From positions 1,448,133 to 1,512,132 of the forward strand of contig RDEW01000006.1 of NCBI GenBank assembly GCA_011109175.1: a stretch of 64,000 nucleotides of DNA. The letters are read 5' to 3'. This DNA comes from Dicyema japonicum. Taxonomy: Eukaryota > Animalia > Dicyemida. Of the stretch, positions 61,781 through 64,000 are shown piece by piece. Below the pieces are notes generated by a model. It was not told the DNA's origin and did no database searches. It saw nothing but the letters and a program-made list of their open reading frames with translations. Each line of letters starts with the position of its first letter. The stretch's first letter is position 1. Made by a program: the position numbers and the translations under genes.

Positions 61781-64000
61781 AACAACGAGGGAGCATTCTC
61801 TTCCATAAAATTACCTTCTCAGTTGACCATCAAAAGATAGTTGGAGCCATCCAAACCATATCCTCAATAGACTTGCAGGTTTGTTTATATTCTTAAAAAG
61901 ATTATAAATTTTTAATTAAAATCAGACAGAGAAATCAAGCTCGCCGACTATTGTCTCGACATCATCAATGAAGGTACGCTTGAAGCACGTGTCTTTTCAC
62001 TTTTGAAATGCCAGCCCAAAAATAATGATGGAACTAATTGAGGTAGTCTTAGTTTTTCACTAAGAACGCTTTTCCGAACGCCATGCTTAAACAACGTCAT
62101 TTTCCTTGGATGGGTGAACGTTGATGAATGTGACGAGGACACGTGTTTCCTTTCAAATGGTGATAAAATTGAGGCCACTACAGTAGCTCTTCTACGAGAC
62201 ATTCAATCATTTAAGAACTCTCTCGACGCCTCCGTGCTTCTGATTAAACAGAAGTTTACCACTTAAAAGCAAGTATTAAACTAATCTGTAGTAAAGTGAG
62301 TTATTTTTCTTGACACATGGAGCAGCTTTTAAACGTGTGTGTCAAAAGAGGAGACTGATTTGACGCCTGCTAGAGTGAGCCAATTGGTTATTATGAGGTA
62401 TCAGTCGGACTGGCACCACAAGTATGTGAAGAACATCTCAAGGACTCACACGACTGCGACAACTACCAAGATGCTGCATATTCTGGCCCAGAAGGAGTTT
62501 AAACCTATGAAGTATTTCTTGATCGACCGTGTATTCAGCAATGAATTAGTGGATGCCACACATTTGGCAGAATTCAACCAAATTGAAGAATCTGATCGAT
62601 TATGATATGTCTCTGGTTTGATGGGTTTAGTGACCCCGTTTTCTTTAATAAGTTGGGTTGGTGAGTTTGAGTGAGTTTAGGGATCACGGATCTGCTGTTC
62701 AAGGTTGCCTATAATCCATATATGGAACCAAGCATGGAGATATTCCACGACCATAAACGTTAGTGGTGTTGTTATTGTAGAATTAAACAAGTTAATGGAG
62801 ATATGGAACAGTGGAGTAATCAGAAGGGAGGTATTGTCACCAATGGGATTCCCCGATAATGTGAATTGTATTGCATGGGAGATTTCATTTGAGAGACCAA
62901 CCATGATTTTTTATGAAATGACTAATATACGGATTTGGTGGGACGCCGTGTTGGAGTTAAAAATTTAAGGAGTTTTTTGTCAACGGAATTTTAAACACGT
63001 TTACTCTAAGTGAGTTCATTCCCTCTGCAAACACCTGCTATTTGGAAGTTCTATTCCCTCAATTCAAACTCGGATTCAGAAGTCTTTGTTTTGATTGCTA
63101 TTCTTTTCTTTTGATGATTTTCCAAGCCAGAATATCCAGAAATTGGAACAAAGGCTTCCGTAGGAATCTCCACGTCTTCCTTGCCTTGGTTTTGCCTCCC
63201 CATTCCTCGCTTGAGTCTTCTGTGAGAATCAACAAACACAGAACAGTTTAAATGGAAGACTCTTTGAGGTACTCTTCGACATGTCAGATTCAGCACTCTT
63301 CCTGTTCAGTTTTTGTACAGAGGATAAGGAAGGACATTGAAGAAAATGGATTTCCGTATTTGGGGAGGAATTGTGATTATCTCACTCCAATTACTGGTAA
63401 TTAACTATTTTATTTACATATTGTAATTAACTTAATTCATTTGAGGCCACGTGCTTGAGCTCATCATATGAGCAATAATATTGTACTTAGTTCTTTTTAA
63501 ATAACGTGGTTGAATTATGTGATTAGATTATTAAGTTTTGTAGCACAAACTGACTATTCAATAACGACCACATGCTCAAGCTAACTCAATGGCCAATGCT
63601 CGTCTCACATAGATTTTGCAAGTCACGTAATATTTATGTAAAGAATAATGCAATTAAAAAAGTTTTCAGGTTAAAAATTTTGGTCTTTAGATAATAATTT
63701 TACAATTATAAAAATCTTTACTGAATAGATTAGGAGATTTCTTCAAAGAGCCGTATATGTATAGACAATTATGAAGAGCCATATTAGCTATAGTTCTTCC
63801 TAGGCAGAACACACACTCTATATGCATGTAAAAACTCAAAAATAGCTTCTGTCAAGTTTAATTTTTTAATCTTTTTAATTGGTTACAAGTGTTACTAATC
63901 ATTTTATCTCAAGAAGTTCTGAACTCGGAGGTTGATGTCCAAGAGGAACCAGGAGAAACAGCTGTCTTGTCTAGTGATTCGCTTTCTCAAGTTGTATATG

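Noticed and set aside
62339-63296. ORFs near the window end
   Set aside because: Only a faint RT-like resemblance at 62705-62968; too degraded to call.
1-64000. Alternative genetic code or prokaryotic/microsporidian origin
   Set aside because: Spliced genes close with standard TAA/TAG/TGA stops. Frequent introns, a presequence-bearing OAT and BRI3 argue for an animal-like nuclear genome.

Overview
AT-rich eukaryotic nuclear DNA, most likely from a highly derived animal. The ENSA, BRI3, UBXN7, OAT and WIPI proteins are metazoan-like. A compact-gene parasite such as a myxozoan or dicyemid is my inference, not an identification. The ORF track misses most real genes because they are split by 21-28 nt introns. 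By hand I reconstructed five conserved genes: alpha-endosulfine/ARPP19, UBXN7, ornithine aminotransferase, BRI3 and a WIPI/ATG18 PROPPIN. I also reconstructed a secreted His/Asn/Asp-rich repeat protein with phase-0 micro-exons, a Thr-rich micro-exon array and an EGF-like membrane-protein remnant. The rest is dense, mostly degraded transposons: CRE-like and R4-like RLE LINEs, RTE-like LINEs, an APE-RT LINE family with a 2A-like (StopGo) motif, hAT/Buster, Tigger/pogo, stand-alone rve integrases, a tRNA-derived SINE and a second non-autonomous family. Several insertions keep clean target-site duplications (TSDs). Single-base deletions in short homopolymers inside conserved genes suggest long-read assembly errors, so some 'pseudogenes' may be intact. 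TE family names come from motif recall, not searches, and TE boundaries without TSDs are approximate.
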